Below are positions 28,319-38,090 of a DNA stretch of 64,000 nt, piece after piece. The notes below the pieces were generated by a model. The model worked only from the letters and a program-made list of their open reading frames with translations, was not told the origin of the DNA and did no database searches. The stretch is from positions 5,623-69,622 of the forward strand of contig DAHXNY010000002.1 in the NCBI GenBank assembly GCA_027365175.1. The letters are read 5' to 3'. Source of the stretch: Candidatus Micrarchaeota archaeon. GTDB lineage: Archaea > Micrarchaeota > Micrarchaeia > Micrarchaeales > CABMGC01. Position 1 is the first letter of the stretch. Each line of letters opens with the position of its first letter. The position numbers and the translations under genes were made by a program.

Positions 28319-29392
28319 TCAGCTGAGTCTGCTCTGCTTCCCGTACTTCATCAGTCCGGATACCCTTACCCCTATCTTCCTGAGCTTCCTGCCCTTCTCA
28401 ACATTCGCCAGGTAAAGCTTAACTGCAGTCTCATAAATCTCCTCGGCGCTTGAAGAAGGCTTTACTGCCCTACCTTTAAGCTTTTCAGAGAAATCTCCGT
28501 ATCTTAGCTTAATAGTGACATTGCGGAAGATGAATCCCGCCTTGTTGACCTCCATAGCAACCTCGTCAGACAGCCTCTTCATGCCCTTCTCTATCTCCTC
28601 CCTGTCATAGGTGTCAGCTTCAAAGGTCATCTCCCTTCCAATAGATTTCGCCTGCGTCTCGTGCTGCAATGGGCTTTCATCCATTCCGTTGGCATAATTG
28701 TGCAGCTCAAGGCCTACGCTTCCGAATTCTGTCATGAGCTCCATCTTGTTCGCTTTTGAGAGCTTGCCTACAGTGTCATATCCCATTGACACAAGCCTCT
28801 CCTCCGTCTTCTCCCCTACGGAATAGAGCTTTCCAACAGGCATATTGTCGAGGAATTTATGCACTTCATTTTCCTTCACCGTCTTTATTCCATTCGGCTT
28901 GGCAGCGTCAGATGCCATCTTCGCAAGCAGTTTGTTGAAGCTTATCCCTACGGAGCAGTTCAGAAGAACCTCTCTCTTCACACTCTCCTTTATCTCCTTC
29001 GCATACCTTTCTGCAGCTTCAAACGACTCAACTTTACTGCTGATATCTAGATAAGCCTCGTCTATGCTCACCTGTTCAAAATCATCTGCAAACCCCTTTA
29101 GTATCTGCATCACTTTTCCAGATACCTCTTCATAATAAGGATAATCCATCGGCAGAAATACAGCATCAGGTTTTATCCTGTATGCGATTGATATCGGCAT
29201 GGCGCTATGTATGCCATATTTTCTGGCATTGTAGTTGCATGTCATCACCACTCCACGCCCCTTCCCATTCTTAGGATCAGCCCCGACAATCACCGGTTTA
29301 TCCTTTATATCATCCCTTCTAAGTTCCTCGCATGCAGCATAGAAGTAATCCATGTCCACTAGCAGTATAAACCGTCTCTCAGCCAAATACAA
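28319..29392 (-). CDS. dinB: Y-family DNA polymerase IV (Dpo4/DinB)
   Basis: ILLVDMDYFYAACEE, SIDEAYLD and an HhH-like region, 357 aa. Confidence 0.9.
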   Translation of the reverse strand: MYLAERRFILLVDMDYFYAACEELRRDDIKDKPVIVGADPKNGKGRGVVMTCNYNARKYGIHSAMPISIAYRIKPDAVFLPMDYPYYEEVSGKVMQILKGFADDFEQVSIDEAYLDISSKVESFEAAERYAKEIKESVKREVLLNCSVGISFNKLLAKMASDAAKPNGIKTVKENEVHKFLDNMPVGKLYSVGEKTEERLVSMGYDTVGKLSKANKMELMTEFGSVGLELHNYANGMDESPLQHETQAKSIGREMTFEADTYDREEIEKGMKRLSDEVAMEVNKAGFIFRNVTIKLRYGDFSEKLKGRAVKPSSSAEEIYETAVKLYLANVEKGRKLRKIGVRVSGLMKYGKQSRLS

Positions 29393-29999
29393 TCTCCTCT
29401 ATAGGTCCATCCGGAGAGAGCTCCCTGAAGACCTGCGAGGTGAACTTATGTATCTTGACGTCATCCCTCTTCCACGAATCTGCGCCCAGTCCTGCTTTCA
29501 TGCACGCATGCATAAGTATCTCCTCCTTCTTCCAATCATTCTCCGATGCTTCTATGGGGAGCACTATCCCAGTATGAAAACCATAAGTTGCAATTATTCC
29601 ATCCCTGCCCGATTTTACCTGCCTGAGTCTTGAAGCTGCACTGCCTTTCAGCTCTACAGGATCAGAAAGAACGTCTACTTCGACAACAACATGCTCTATC
29701 TCCCTATGCGATATCGGCACAAAGTCCTTGTCCTCAGCAGCTCCTACTGCAGCTTCAATCAGAGCGCTTCCAATCCCAGTTCTAGGGTGCACAAAGCCCA
29801 TGCTCCCTCTCGGAGTCCTGGTAGGCCAATGCTCTGCCCTTACAAATACACCATGCTTATCGGCAAACTTTCTCGTATGCCTTGCAACAGCCGTCCTATC
29901 AAACTTTGCACTGCTTACAAATTCTATCACTGCCTTCCTTGCCGCCCTCACCAGCTCCTCCCCTTCGTCTATAGAGTATATCTCCATTAATTTAGGCAT
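29379..29999 (-). CDS. AMMECR1 domain protein
   Basis: 206 aa. GVFVRAE...PRGSMGFV...DVLSDPVEL...GRDGIIATYGFHTGIVLP is the typical AMMECR1 pattern. Confidence 0.75.
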   Translation of the reverse strand: MPKLMEIYSIDEGEELVRAARKAVIEFVSSAKFDRTAVARHTRKFADKHGVFVRAEHWPTRTPRGSMGFVHPRTGIGSALIEAAVGAAEDKDFVPISHREIEHVVVEVDVLSDPVELKGSAASRLRQVKSGRDGIIATYGFHTGIVLPIEASENDWKKEEILMHACMKAGLGADSWKRDDVKIHKFTSQVFRELSPDGPIEEIVFG

Positions 30000-30309
30000 A
30001 TCCTACCACTATTTCTAAGCAACATCTATCTAACTGCTGCAAAACATAATAATATATCTGCAAAGAGACGCAAAACGTGCCAGATGCAGAATGTCCAGAA
30101 TGACCCAAAATCAAAACCGAATTGCTCTAAACTCAAATTCCGACGTATAAAATAAATGCTTTTTATCTAGGTTTAAGCAACATTGCCAAATCTTTATAAA
30201 GATTAATATGGAAGGTTATTCCGGCGTTTAGAGCATATCCTATTTATCCTTCCCCACCCTCTAAACGCTTTATTTTCAAAATACCAAATTAGGCGTAAGC
30301 AATCCTATC

Positions 30310-30735
30310 TTATTTCTGCTTCTTCTCCTGAAGGTATCCATAAACAGAAAGGATCAGAAGCAGAACGACCAGGATATGCACAACGGTACAGTACAGGCAT
30401 ATCGCCTTTAAGGTATACTCTACAAAGAGCAGATAGAATACTGTTGCAATTCCTATTATATTAAGGAAGACAAGATTCTCATAGCTCGTCCTGTCAATTG
30501 CAAAGAGCTCTATCGCAAAGAAGATGAACCCTATAAAGCCAAGAGGTATGCCGAATACGGCGGAATAGGGGCTGCTGAGCACCTTTGCGCAGTTTACGAT
30601 ACCTGACTCTGGGCATGCAACAGGGGTGCCAGTATAATGCGCATATGTAAGGTATGCAGTGTCTACTATGCCTATCATTACCAGAAGTAGCATCACAGCG
30701 TAAAGCTTGCCATTCTTGTTCCTGTTCTGCATCAT
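30310..30735 (-). CDS. Vitamin K epoxide reductase (VKOR) family membrane protein
   Basis: Four to five TM segments, loop cysteines (VACPESGIVNC) and a CLYC redox motif in a TM helix. Confidence 0.7.
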   Translation of the reverse strand: MMQNRNKNGKLYAVMLLLVMIGIVDTAYLTYAHYTGTPVACPESGIVNCAKVLSSPYSAVFGIPLGFIGFIFFAIELFAIDRTSYENLVFLNIIGIATVFYLLFVEYTLKAICLYCTVVHILVVLLLILSVYGYLQEKKQK

Positions 30736-30736
30736 A

Positions 30737-31561
30737 TCAGCCTACGCTGCTCTCAATCTTCTTTATGTACTGCTGGCCGCAAACGCTCTGAGGAGTGTTA
30801 TTGTCTATATTGCATATCTCAGCAGTAAAGATATTTGCCTGGCCTATTATCGAACTGGACTGCAGGGAAGAGGTGTTGTAAAGATTATTGGATATCGTGT
30901 TCCAGCTGTAGCTGTCAAGAACAGAGTATGGGTCATATGTTGCACCAACATCGACTGCCTTATTTGCGAAATCGATGAACGGTATACACCCGCCAGTCGA
31001 GCACGACGCTGTTGGACCATCATACTTGTTCAACAGCGCATTCTCAGAGGCATTCGGAGCCTGAAGCGTTGGGTAACTGCCGTTGACAGGCTTGTTTCCC
31101 AAGGTCTCTACGCTGACAAAAGAGATATACTTGCTAGTATATGTTGCATGAGCGAAGGTGAATGTAGGCGTATTCGGAGAATAATCCGTAGCGCTTGACG
31201 TCATGTACTCCAAACCTGAGAAGCTGCCGAATCTCATCAGCGCTATTATCATGGGCCATCTCTCAGCCGCACAGAACGGGCAGTACTCTGCGCCTATGTA
31301 AAGGATCTCTGGTTTTCCATCGTATGTCAGGTTGGTTCCGTTTACCTGCTGAAGAGGTTTTCCAAGACCTACTCCTACTGTGGAGCTTACATTGTCAGGA
31401 ACCACCAGCCTGTTTATCATGTATGCAGGCACAGGTACATTGTCCTGCGACGTCAGATTAAGTGTGTTCGTCGCGCTGCCTATGCTAAGATAAGCAACTA
31501 CCAGTCCTATTGCTATTATAACTACAACTGCTGCAGCCTTCTGATGCGTTGTCAACTTCAT
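30737..31561 (-). CDS. DUF929-like thioredoxin-fold protein (extracytoplasmic, N-terminal anchor)
   Basis: [25 protein letters not shown] (CxxC). Immediately upstream of VKOR, so a likely disulfide-formation pair. Confidence 0.65.
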   Translation of the reverse strand: MKLTTHQKAAAVVVIIAIGLVVAYLSIGSATNTLNLTSQDNVPVPAYMINRLVVPDNVSSTVGVGLGKPLQQVNGTNLTYDGKPEILYIGAEYCPFCAAERWPMIIALMRFGSFSGLEYMTSSATDYSPNTPTFTFAHATYTSKYISFVSVETLGNKPVNGSYPTLQAPNASENALLNKYDGPTASCSTGGCIPFIDFANKAVDVGATYDPYSVLDSYSWNTISNNLYNTSSLQSSSIIGQANIFTAEICNIDNNTPQSVCGQQYIKKIESSVG

Positions 31562-31655
31562 ACTACCATCTATATATTCTTAGTAATCCCAGAACATACG
31601 GTATATTGCAGCGATACTTATAAAATAATATATGACTCACTAAACAAATGGTAGC

Positions 31656-32399
31656 ATGAGGATAGGCCCAATAATAATGATATATGTCACGGTCCTTGCC
31701 ATAGTGGTTCTCCTAGGCACAATCTTCGCATACGTACTCGGGCCAACCAACTTCAACGTACCTATAACAAATCCTCTTACTGCACTTTACTTCACTATAA
31801 TAACAATATCTACTGTAGGTTATGGGGACATATATCCTGTAACCCAAACCGGCATGATATTCACGATTATTCTGGTATTGGCAGGCATCAGTGCATTCCT
31901 TGGTGCAGTAACTGCCATATCGGGTGATTTTATGAGCAAAAATGTAGAGAAACTTTCTGGCAGAATATCCGGGATAGAGCGCAGGGCGCTTAGTAATCAC
32001 CATGTCCTTATAGGCACAGACTTCATAAACCAGGACATAGCTGACAAACTTAGGGCAAACAAGGAATCATTCATAATAGTGACTGCGGACAAGACTACCG
32101 TTGACCGATATGTGGAAGAGGGCATGCGCGCTTATGTCGCAGACCCGACATCTGAGCCTGATATGAGGAAGTTCCAGATGAACAAGGCAAGATCCATAAT
32201 AATAGACCTTGATGAGAATTCACTCACGGTATATGCCTTATTGATAGTCAGGAAGCTTGCCCCTAATGTACTTACGGTAGTGGTCGCGCAAAATTCAGAG
32301 ATATCAGAAAGGATATCCGAGCTAGGCCTAAGGAAGAACGAGCGCGCTATAAACGTCTCAAGGCACCTGGCAGGAGAAATCGTCAAGAGTCTGAAATAA
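31656..32399 (+). CDS. Potassium channel with cytoplasmic RCK/TrkA-N domain (MthK-like)
   Basis: Selectivity filter TISTVGYGDIYP between two TM helices, followed by a Rossmann-like HVLIGTDF. Confidence 0.85.
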   Translation: MRIGPIIMIYVTVLAIVVLLGTIFAYVLGPTNFNVPITNPLTALYFTIITISTVGYGDIYPVTQTGMIFTIILVLAGISAFLGAVTAISGDFMSKNVEKLSGRISGIERRALSNHHVLIGTDFINQDIADKLRANKESFIIVTADKTTVDRYVEEGMRAYVADPTSEPDMRKFQMNKARSIIIDLDENSLTVYALLIVRKLAPNVLTVVVAQNSEISERISELGLRKNERAINVSRHLAGEIVKSLK

Positions 32400-32404
32400 T
32401 TGTC

Positions 32405-33803
32405 GTGACATCCTCCCACCCCTGAAGGGTATGGGCTTCCTCTGCGTCATGGATTCCACTCCTTTGATGCAGAGTATGTTTTCAGTTCCTCGACTCCTGC
32501 CTCCTGTTGAGGTCTTACAAAATCTCCCTGAACGTGACTTCCCGCAAGTCCTGCAGTAGATTTGACAGCTTCTCTGTCAAAATCTGCACTCACAGAGTGC
32601 AAAGCTCTTTTGAGTATGTTTATTGATGCGTTGATGTCCCTGTCTTCTTGCAGGCCGCATCCTTCGCAGAAGTAGATTCGTTTTGATAGTGGCATACTTT
32701 GGATGTTGCCACAGTTGCTGCACTCCTTGGATGTGTTTCTTGGGTCTACTTCTGTCACTTTCATACCAGCACTTTCAGCCTTGTATGAAAGCATTTGGAA
32801 AAACTTGTTCCATGAAGCACAATTTATTGACTTTGCAAGCCGATGGTTTTTACCATGTTTTGAATGTTGAGTTTCTCGATTGTGAATGAGGTGTATCCTG
32901 AATTTACGAGTTGGTTTGTTATCTTATGAAGATAGTCACTTGTCTGGTTGTTTGCGACTTCATATTCCTTGTTCATCCTGTCCTTTGCGATTTGCCTTCT
33001 CTTTGAGCCTTTGTTTCTTCTTGCAACTTTTCTTTGCCATTTTGCGATATGCTTCTCTGCATTCTTCCTGAAGTTAGGTTTTGTTATCTTTGTTCCGTCG
33101 GATAGGACTGCGAATGTCTTTAGACCCATGTCTATCCCGACTGGGTCCATGTCTTTTATCTTTGGAGGGTTTATCTCTTTTATCGTCGTAAATATCGCAT
33201 AATACTTCCCTACCTCCTTTTTTATTGTAAGGGTCTTTATCCTTCCTTCGGTTTGCCTGTGCAATTCTATCTTCATAGTGCCTATCCTTGAGACCCTTAG
33301 CCCGTCCTTCTTTATTGAGAATGCGCCGTTGTCTTGAGGGTAGACTATGCTGTAATATCTGTCCATTGACTTGAATCTTGGAAATCCTGCCTTCTTGTTT
33401 CTTTCTTTTATTCTCCTGAAGAAGTTTTGGTATGCCTTCAGGAGCCTGAATTCTATCTCGCATCTTGTCTGTGAATAGAGTTTTAGGAACTTTTTGTCTT
33501 CTTGAATTATCTCCTTCACAAACCTATTGAACTGAGCCATTGAAACCCTTGTCTTTCCATTCGTATAGGATGCTATTGACTTCTCAAGAATCTTGTTATA
33601 GAATTGCTGTGCAAGAATCAGCCTTTCGTCTATTTCTGACTGACGTTTAGAATCAGGATAGAGCCTGAATTTATACGCTCTTGTGGAATCCATATTTTTT
33701 ATATTATCATTCATGTTTATACGCCTTACTGCGGTTCGCTTTCATCCCACCCCTAAAGGGAGCCCTCTAAAGAGGGTGTGGGATTTCCCGCTCACGTTGT
33801 TAA
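32405..33803 (-). mobile_element. Second IS200/IS605-family (IS1341-like) tnpB-only element
   Basis: tnpB flanked by hairpins at 32415-32435 and 33745-33783 of the same CCCAC...GTGGG family. Boundaries are approximate. Confidence 0.7.
32447..33714 (-). pseudogene. tnpB: tnpB with a 1-nt frameshift in an A5 run (T5 on + strand, 32847-32851)
   Basis: N-part starts AYKFRLYP. The C-part has YKAESAGMKV...TSKECSNCG...CEGCG...DRDINASINI. One extra A would give ..MVKNHRLAKSINCASWNKFFQMLSYKAE. Confidence 0.85.
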
Positions 33804-33849
33804 ACGAGGTCTGCCGATTAGACGGAAAACGAAGCTAAAGGAAAGAGCC

Positions 33850-34371
33850 TTACACAGAATATCGACTTAAGAGTACGCTCCTGCCCTTTACAAGCTCCAT
33901 GAAGCTGTCTATGTTGAGTATCGTTCCTCCCTTAGTATGTATTCCAAGATTCTGAAGTATAAATACATCCTCGGTTCTCAACCCGTTTATCTTGAAGACA
34001 TTTCTTCCTATATGCCCTGCTGCGTCAAACATGCCTGCAAGATAACTTGCAGACTTGACATCCCTTTTGGTGAATATTTTTGGAGAGCTCTTTATTATGG
34101 ACTTTAGCTGCTTTGCAATCTGTGAATGGTAGAAGCGTACATGCACATAATTCTCCCCATCTTCCACCAGTATCTTCCTGGAATCTATCTTGAAATCCTT
34201 AAGAGCTATTTCAACAAAGCGCTCCTCAAGCTCATGCATGCCTGTTTTTATCCCTATGGCATTGTTCTCCTCCTTTGTCTTTGACATCAGCCCTGCAATG
34301 TAATAAGCGCTAGGCCCTAATTTTATCTTCATAATTCTAAGTAGCAGTTGTTTTATTAAATAAGCGTGCAT
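33850..34371 (-). CDS. LAGLIDADG-motif (homing-endonuclease-like) protein, free-standing
   Basis: 173 aa. YLAGMFDAAGHI matches the LAGLIDADG consensus. A degenerate first motif is YYIAGLMSKTKEE. Confidence 0.45.
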   Translation of the reverse strand: MHAYLIKQLLLRIMKIKLGPSAYYIAGLMSKTKEENNAIGIKTGMHELEERFVEIALKDFKIDSRKILVEDGENYVHVRFYHSQIAKQLKSIIKSSPKIFTKRDVKSASYLAGMFDAAGHIGRNVFKINGLRTEDVFILQNLGIHTKGGTILNIDSFMELVKGRSVLLSRYSV

Positions 34372-34592
34372 GCCATATCTCTATGTATGGCAGCAGAACA
34401 GTGTTATTATTTTGGAAGTCCTAGTAGTAGCAGCGATTGTAATAATTATACTGTTCTTCTATTTAAGAAGCAGGAAAAGATAATCTTAATGCATGCCATT
34501 CCTGCAATCCAGCACTAATCCTTGCAGAAGATAAAATGAACAAATATGTTGCATAGCTGAAGCTATGCATCAATGAAAAAGAAAAATGTGAA

Positions 34593-34623
34593 ATGTAGTC
34601 TTGAGTATGTTGAAGAATCGCGA
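34593..34623 (-). other. 3' arm of the pre-16S processing stem
   Basis: atgtagtcttgag and gaagaatcgcga are complementary to 36195-36207 and 36171-36184. Confidence 0.6.
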
Positions 34624-34659
34624 ACAGCTTTCTACGCACACTAATGGTTTTTTGTTTTG

Positions 34660-36145
34660 AGGTGATCTATCCGCAGGTTCCCCTACGGATACCTTGTTAC
34701 GCCTTAGCCCCCCTCACAGAACCTTAATTCGAAAGCATCTTAAAGATGCTGCCTCACTAAGGCCCTACTTGGATGACTTGGCGGGCGGTGTGTGCAAGGA
34801 GCGGGGACAAATTCACCGCTCGTTAGTGACAAGCGATTACTAGGGATTCCAACTTCATGAGGGCGAGTTTCAGCCCTCAATCCGGACCGGGACTGGTTTT
34901 AGGGATTGGCTCCTCATCTCTGAGTTGCAGCCCATTGTGCCAGCCTATGTATGCCGCGTGTAGCCCTGGAGATTCGGGGCATACTGACGTACCGTTGCCC
35001 TCTCCTTCCTCCTTCTTAAACGAAGGCGGTCTTGACAGAGTGCTTGAATTATCGCTAATCCAGTGGCAACTGTAAATGAGGGTCTCGTTCGTTACCGGAC
35101 TTAACCGGATAGTTCACACCACGAACTGACGATCGCCATGCACCACCTCTCGGCTTGTCTAGTAAGGTCTTTAGCCTGACCTTCATTCTGCCGTCGCTCC
35201 AGGTAATGTTTCCGACGTTGAATTCAATTAAACCGTAGCATCCACCCCTTGTTGTGCTCCCCCGCCAATTGCTTTAAGTTTCAACCTTGCGGCCGTACTC
35301 CCCAGGCGGCAGACTTAACAGTTACCCTACGGTACTGCAACCACACGTGGCAGTTGCAACACCAAAGTCTGCATCATTTACTGCTAGGGCTACTCGGGTA
35401 TCTAATCCGATTCGTTCTCCTAGCCTTCGTCACTCACCGTCGGATACGTTCTGGTCAGGCGCCTTCGCCACCGGTAGTCTTCATAGGATTACGGGATTTT
35501 ACTCTTACCCCATGAATACTCCTGACCTCTCCCGCTCCCTAGCCAAAAGGTATCTTATGCACGTATTGGCGTCATGCGCCAATATTTCACACAAGACGGT
35601 TTTAGCCGGCTACGGACTCTTTAAGCCCAATAATAGTGAACACCACTTGTGCCGCCGGTATTACCGTGGCGGCTGCCACCGGTCTTACCCAGCACTTATT
35701 CTCCAAGCTTGCTAAACTTGGCAAAAGATCCACCGAAGTGAATCACTCAGACTCCCCCCATCACGCTTCCGCGCATTGTGGAGATTGCGCGCCTGCTGCA
35801 CGCCGTAGCGCTAGGGCCATTGTCTCAGTGCCCTTCTCGGGGCTCTTACTCTCATATCCCCTACGGGTCAAAGGTATGGTGGGCCGTTACCCCGCCATCT
35901 GCCTGATCCGACGCAGTCTCATCGTAGAGCGGTAATGCTCCAATTCGCAACCTTTTCAGTTAGGACTCATTCCAGAATTCCTATCCTATATGGTATTAGC
36001 CTCAGTTTCCCAAGGTTATCCCCTTCTCTACGGTAGATTGACCACGCGTTACTGAGCCGTACGCCGCTCACAGAAGTCTGTAAGCTGACTTGCATGGCTG
36101 TCGAAATCTGATAGCAGTGTCCTCCAGCAGCATCGACTGGAGTTA
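34660..36145 (-). rRNA. rrs: 16S ribosomal RNA (about 1.49 kb, no large insertion)
   Basis: Reverse complement starts ..ACTCCAGTCGATGCTGCTGGAGGACACTGCTATCAG and ends ..GTAACAAGGTATCCGTAGGGGAACCTGCGGATAGATCACCTCA. 530-loop and 900/1400 regions are recognisable. Ends are +/-5 nt. Confidence 0.95.
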
Positions 36146-36170
36146 TTACTTAATTATTTTTGCAATTGTA

Positions 36171-36207
36171 TCGCGAGCTTCTTCCTTTGCATTGCTCAAG
36201 ACTACAT
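36171..36207 (-). other. 5' arm of the pre-16S processing stem
   Basis: Pairs with 34593-34623 as a 13-bp perfect helix plus a 12-bp helix with a 2-nt bulge. Confidence 0.6.
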
Positions 36208-36282
36208 CTAATTCCCATTAGGAATTTTCACAACCACCTGTAGAAGAAACTACAGATAGCGCTATTTTATTATAGTGTTAGG

Positions 36283-36290
36283 TTTAAATA
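36283..36290 (+). promoter_or_regulatory. TATA box for tRNA-Val(CAC)
   Basis: tttaaata ends 31 nt upstream of the tRNA 5' end. Confidence 0.45.
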
Positions 36291-36321
36291 GGTTTCTATC
36301 GTCAGATTGACATAGCTATAC

Positions 36322-36392
36322 GGGTTCGTAGTCCAACGGTAAGACGCTACCTTCACACGGTAGAGACCGGAGTCCGACTCTCCGCGGACCCA
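36322..36392 (+). tRNA. tRNA-Val (anticodon CAC), 71 nt
   Basis: Acceptor GGGTTCG/CGGACCC (one G-U), anticodon arm CTACC-TTCACAC-GGTAG, T arm CGGAG-TCCGACT-CTCCG. The T-loop is unusual (UCC instead of UUC) and the D stem is 3 bp. Confidence 0.75.
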
Positions 36393-36577
36393 TTTTGAAA
36401 AATACTACGACAAAACAAGAGTTCGAATGCACGGGAAAAATCGCTTCGGATTTTTTGCCTGAAATGATCTTATGGAGCTAGGATACTAGTTAGTAAGAGA
36501 GCATTAAATTCAATCGTCTATGCATACCAATAAGTTTATTGGACTTATCCTGATAAGATAGATGCAATAACTACGTC

Positions 36578-37303
36578 GTGTTAACTATGCTTTCAAGAAG
36601 GATTGGTTTTTCAGTAGGGAAAGAAGCAGCTATAAGCGGCACACTGTTTACTCCTGAGCATATGGGAAAGCCTTGCCCTGCAGTTCTGTTCATACACGGG
36701 TGGTCGAGCAATGAATCAGGATACAGGCCAAGGGCAGAATCCCTTGTGAAGCTTGGCTATTTTTGTCTTACCTTTGATCTCATAGGGCACGGGCACAGCT
36801 CAGGAAGCATGGAGTCAGTTACATTAAAGGAGAACATCGAAGCCTCTGTAGCAGCGTACGACTTTCTTGCATCACAGGAAGGTGTCGACAACAACGCCAT
36901 AAGCGTAGTAGGCACAAGCTATGGCGGGTATCTCGCTGCGATACTGCCTTCAAAAAGAGATATGAACTCAATTGTGCTGCGTGTCCCTGCGATATACGAA
37001 GACGAACACAAAGGCAAGGCTAAGGAGCATAGGCAGTCGATGCACCTTGCAAATGAGCATGCCAGGCCCAGAGACAACCTTGCACTGAATTCCATATCTG
37101 GATTTGGCAAAAGGATACTACTTATAGAGGCCGAGCACGACCAGGTAATTCCACATTATATAATTGAATTGATAACAAAGGCTGCAAAACCTAATTCTCT
37201 TGAACATGTTGTTGTAAAAGGATCAGACCATCAGTTCTCAAGGCCCGAGTGGCAGGAAGAGTTCATAGAGCTGCTAATAAGATGGTTCGGGAGCGGAAAA
37301 TGA
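36578..37303 (+). CDS. Alpha/beta hydrolase (dienelactone hydrolase/S9-like)
   Basis: FIHGWSSN, nucleophile elbow GTSYGG, and a C-terminal DH pair. The start could be the ATG at 36587. Confidence 0.7.
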   Translation: MLTMLSRRIGFSVGKEAAISGTLFTPEHMGKPCPAVLFIHGWSSNESGYRPRAESLVKLGYFCLTFDLIGHGHSSGSMESVTLKENIEASVAAYDFLASQEGVDNNAISVVGTSYGGYLAAILPSKRDMNSIVLRVPAIYEDEHKGKAKEHRQSMHLANEHARPRDNLALNSISGFGKRILLIEAEHDQVIPHYIIELITKAAKPNSLEHVVVKGSDHQFSRPEWQEEFIELLIRWFGSGK

Positions 37304-37304
37304 A

Positions 37305-38084
37305 TCATAAGATATTCTCTTTCCTGAAGCTCTTTATCCCTATGTATATTATAACTGCATCAAACAGTATCAGGAACGCGAGTACTCCGTAAAAGAACGA
37401 CGGGGTAAGGTCGAATATCCCGAATATCGATGCAAAAGGCAGTACCATAACTGGCAGCACAAGCAGTGAGCTTATCTGCTGTGCCTCCTTTATCCCGCTC
37501 ACATGCGATGACACCAAGACGACTACTCCTATGGCTGCAAGTGACAGGAACGGGGAGAGCAGTATTATCAGTATCCATGATGTTGTCGGGAGTATGTAGG
37601 TGTTGAAGGTCCTGAATGCAAGATAGTTGATAGTAGATCCGTATACTGCGAATACAACCAGAGTCAGCAAAACAGTTGGCAGCAACGATGCAAATATCTT
37701 GCCCACCAGCAATTCAGAGGTCTTCACAGGCGTTGACAGCAATGCTTCAGAGGTTCTTCTCTCCTTCTCTCCAGCAAAGCTGTCAGCAGCAATGACCGAA
37801 GCTGTGAAGATAGGCATTGTCATGAAGGTCGGACCAAGAATGTAGACTGCAAAGTATGACATGAAGACAGCACCGTTGACCTTAGTGCTGGATATCTGTT
37901 CAGCAGTGCCTATTATACGCGTGGCTATTCCGCTTAAGTTATAGGTGCTTATGTAGAAGGTCAGCAGCGGAAAGAGCAGCGCGAAGAAGACAGGAACAGC
38001 AATCATAGGCATGTATATGGCCTTGCTGCTGAATACCTCGTTAAGGTCATTCATCATCACCGCATAAGATTTTCTTAGGTCCAT
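37305..38084 (-). CDS. ABC-2 type transporter permease (no adjacent ATPase gene)
   Basis: Six hydrophobic segments and the FAGEKERRTSEAL motif typical of ABC-2 permeases. The probable ATG at 38084 lies 5 nt after AGGTGA from the IS fragment. Confidence 0.6.
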   Translation of the reverse strand: MDLRKSYAVMMNDLNEVFSSKAIYMPMIAVPVFFALLFPLLTFYISTYNLSGIATRIIGTAEQISSTKVNGAVFMSYFAVYILGPTFMTMPIFTASVIAADSFAGEKERRTSEALLSTPVKTSELLVGKIFASLLPTVLLTLVVFAVYGSTINYLAFRTFNTYILPTTSWILIILLSPFLSLAAIGVVVLVSSHVSGIKEAQQISSLLVLPVMVLPFASIFGIFDLTPSFFYGVLAFLILFDAVIIYIGIKSFRKENIL

Positions 38085-38090
38085 AAGCAT

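Noticed and set aside
34370-34483. A 37-codon + strand ORF (MPYLYVWQQNSVIILEVLVVAAIVIIILFFYLRSRKR) resembles a single-pass micro-membrane protein. It lies between the LAGLIDADG ORF and the 16S gene.
   Set aside because: It is very short, its start overlaps the divergent gene start, and it has no SD. It cannot be supported without expression or conservation data.
34550-34569. A perfect 8-bp hairpin (TGCATAGC-TGAA-GCTATGCA) lies downstream of the 16S trailer and is followed on the minus strand by a T-rich stretch. It could be a terminator.
   Set aside because: It is plausible, but archaeal termination signals are poorly defined by sequence alone. I kept it as a note rather than a feature.
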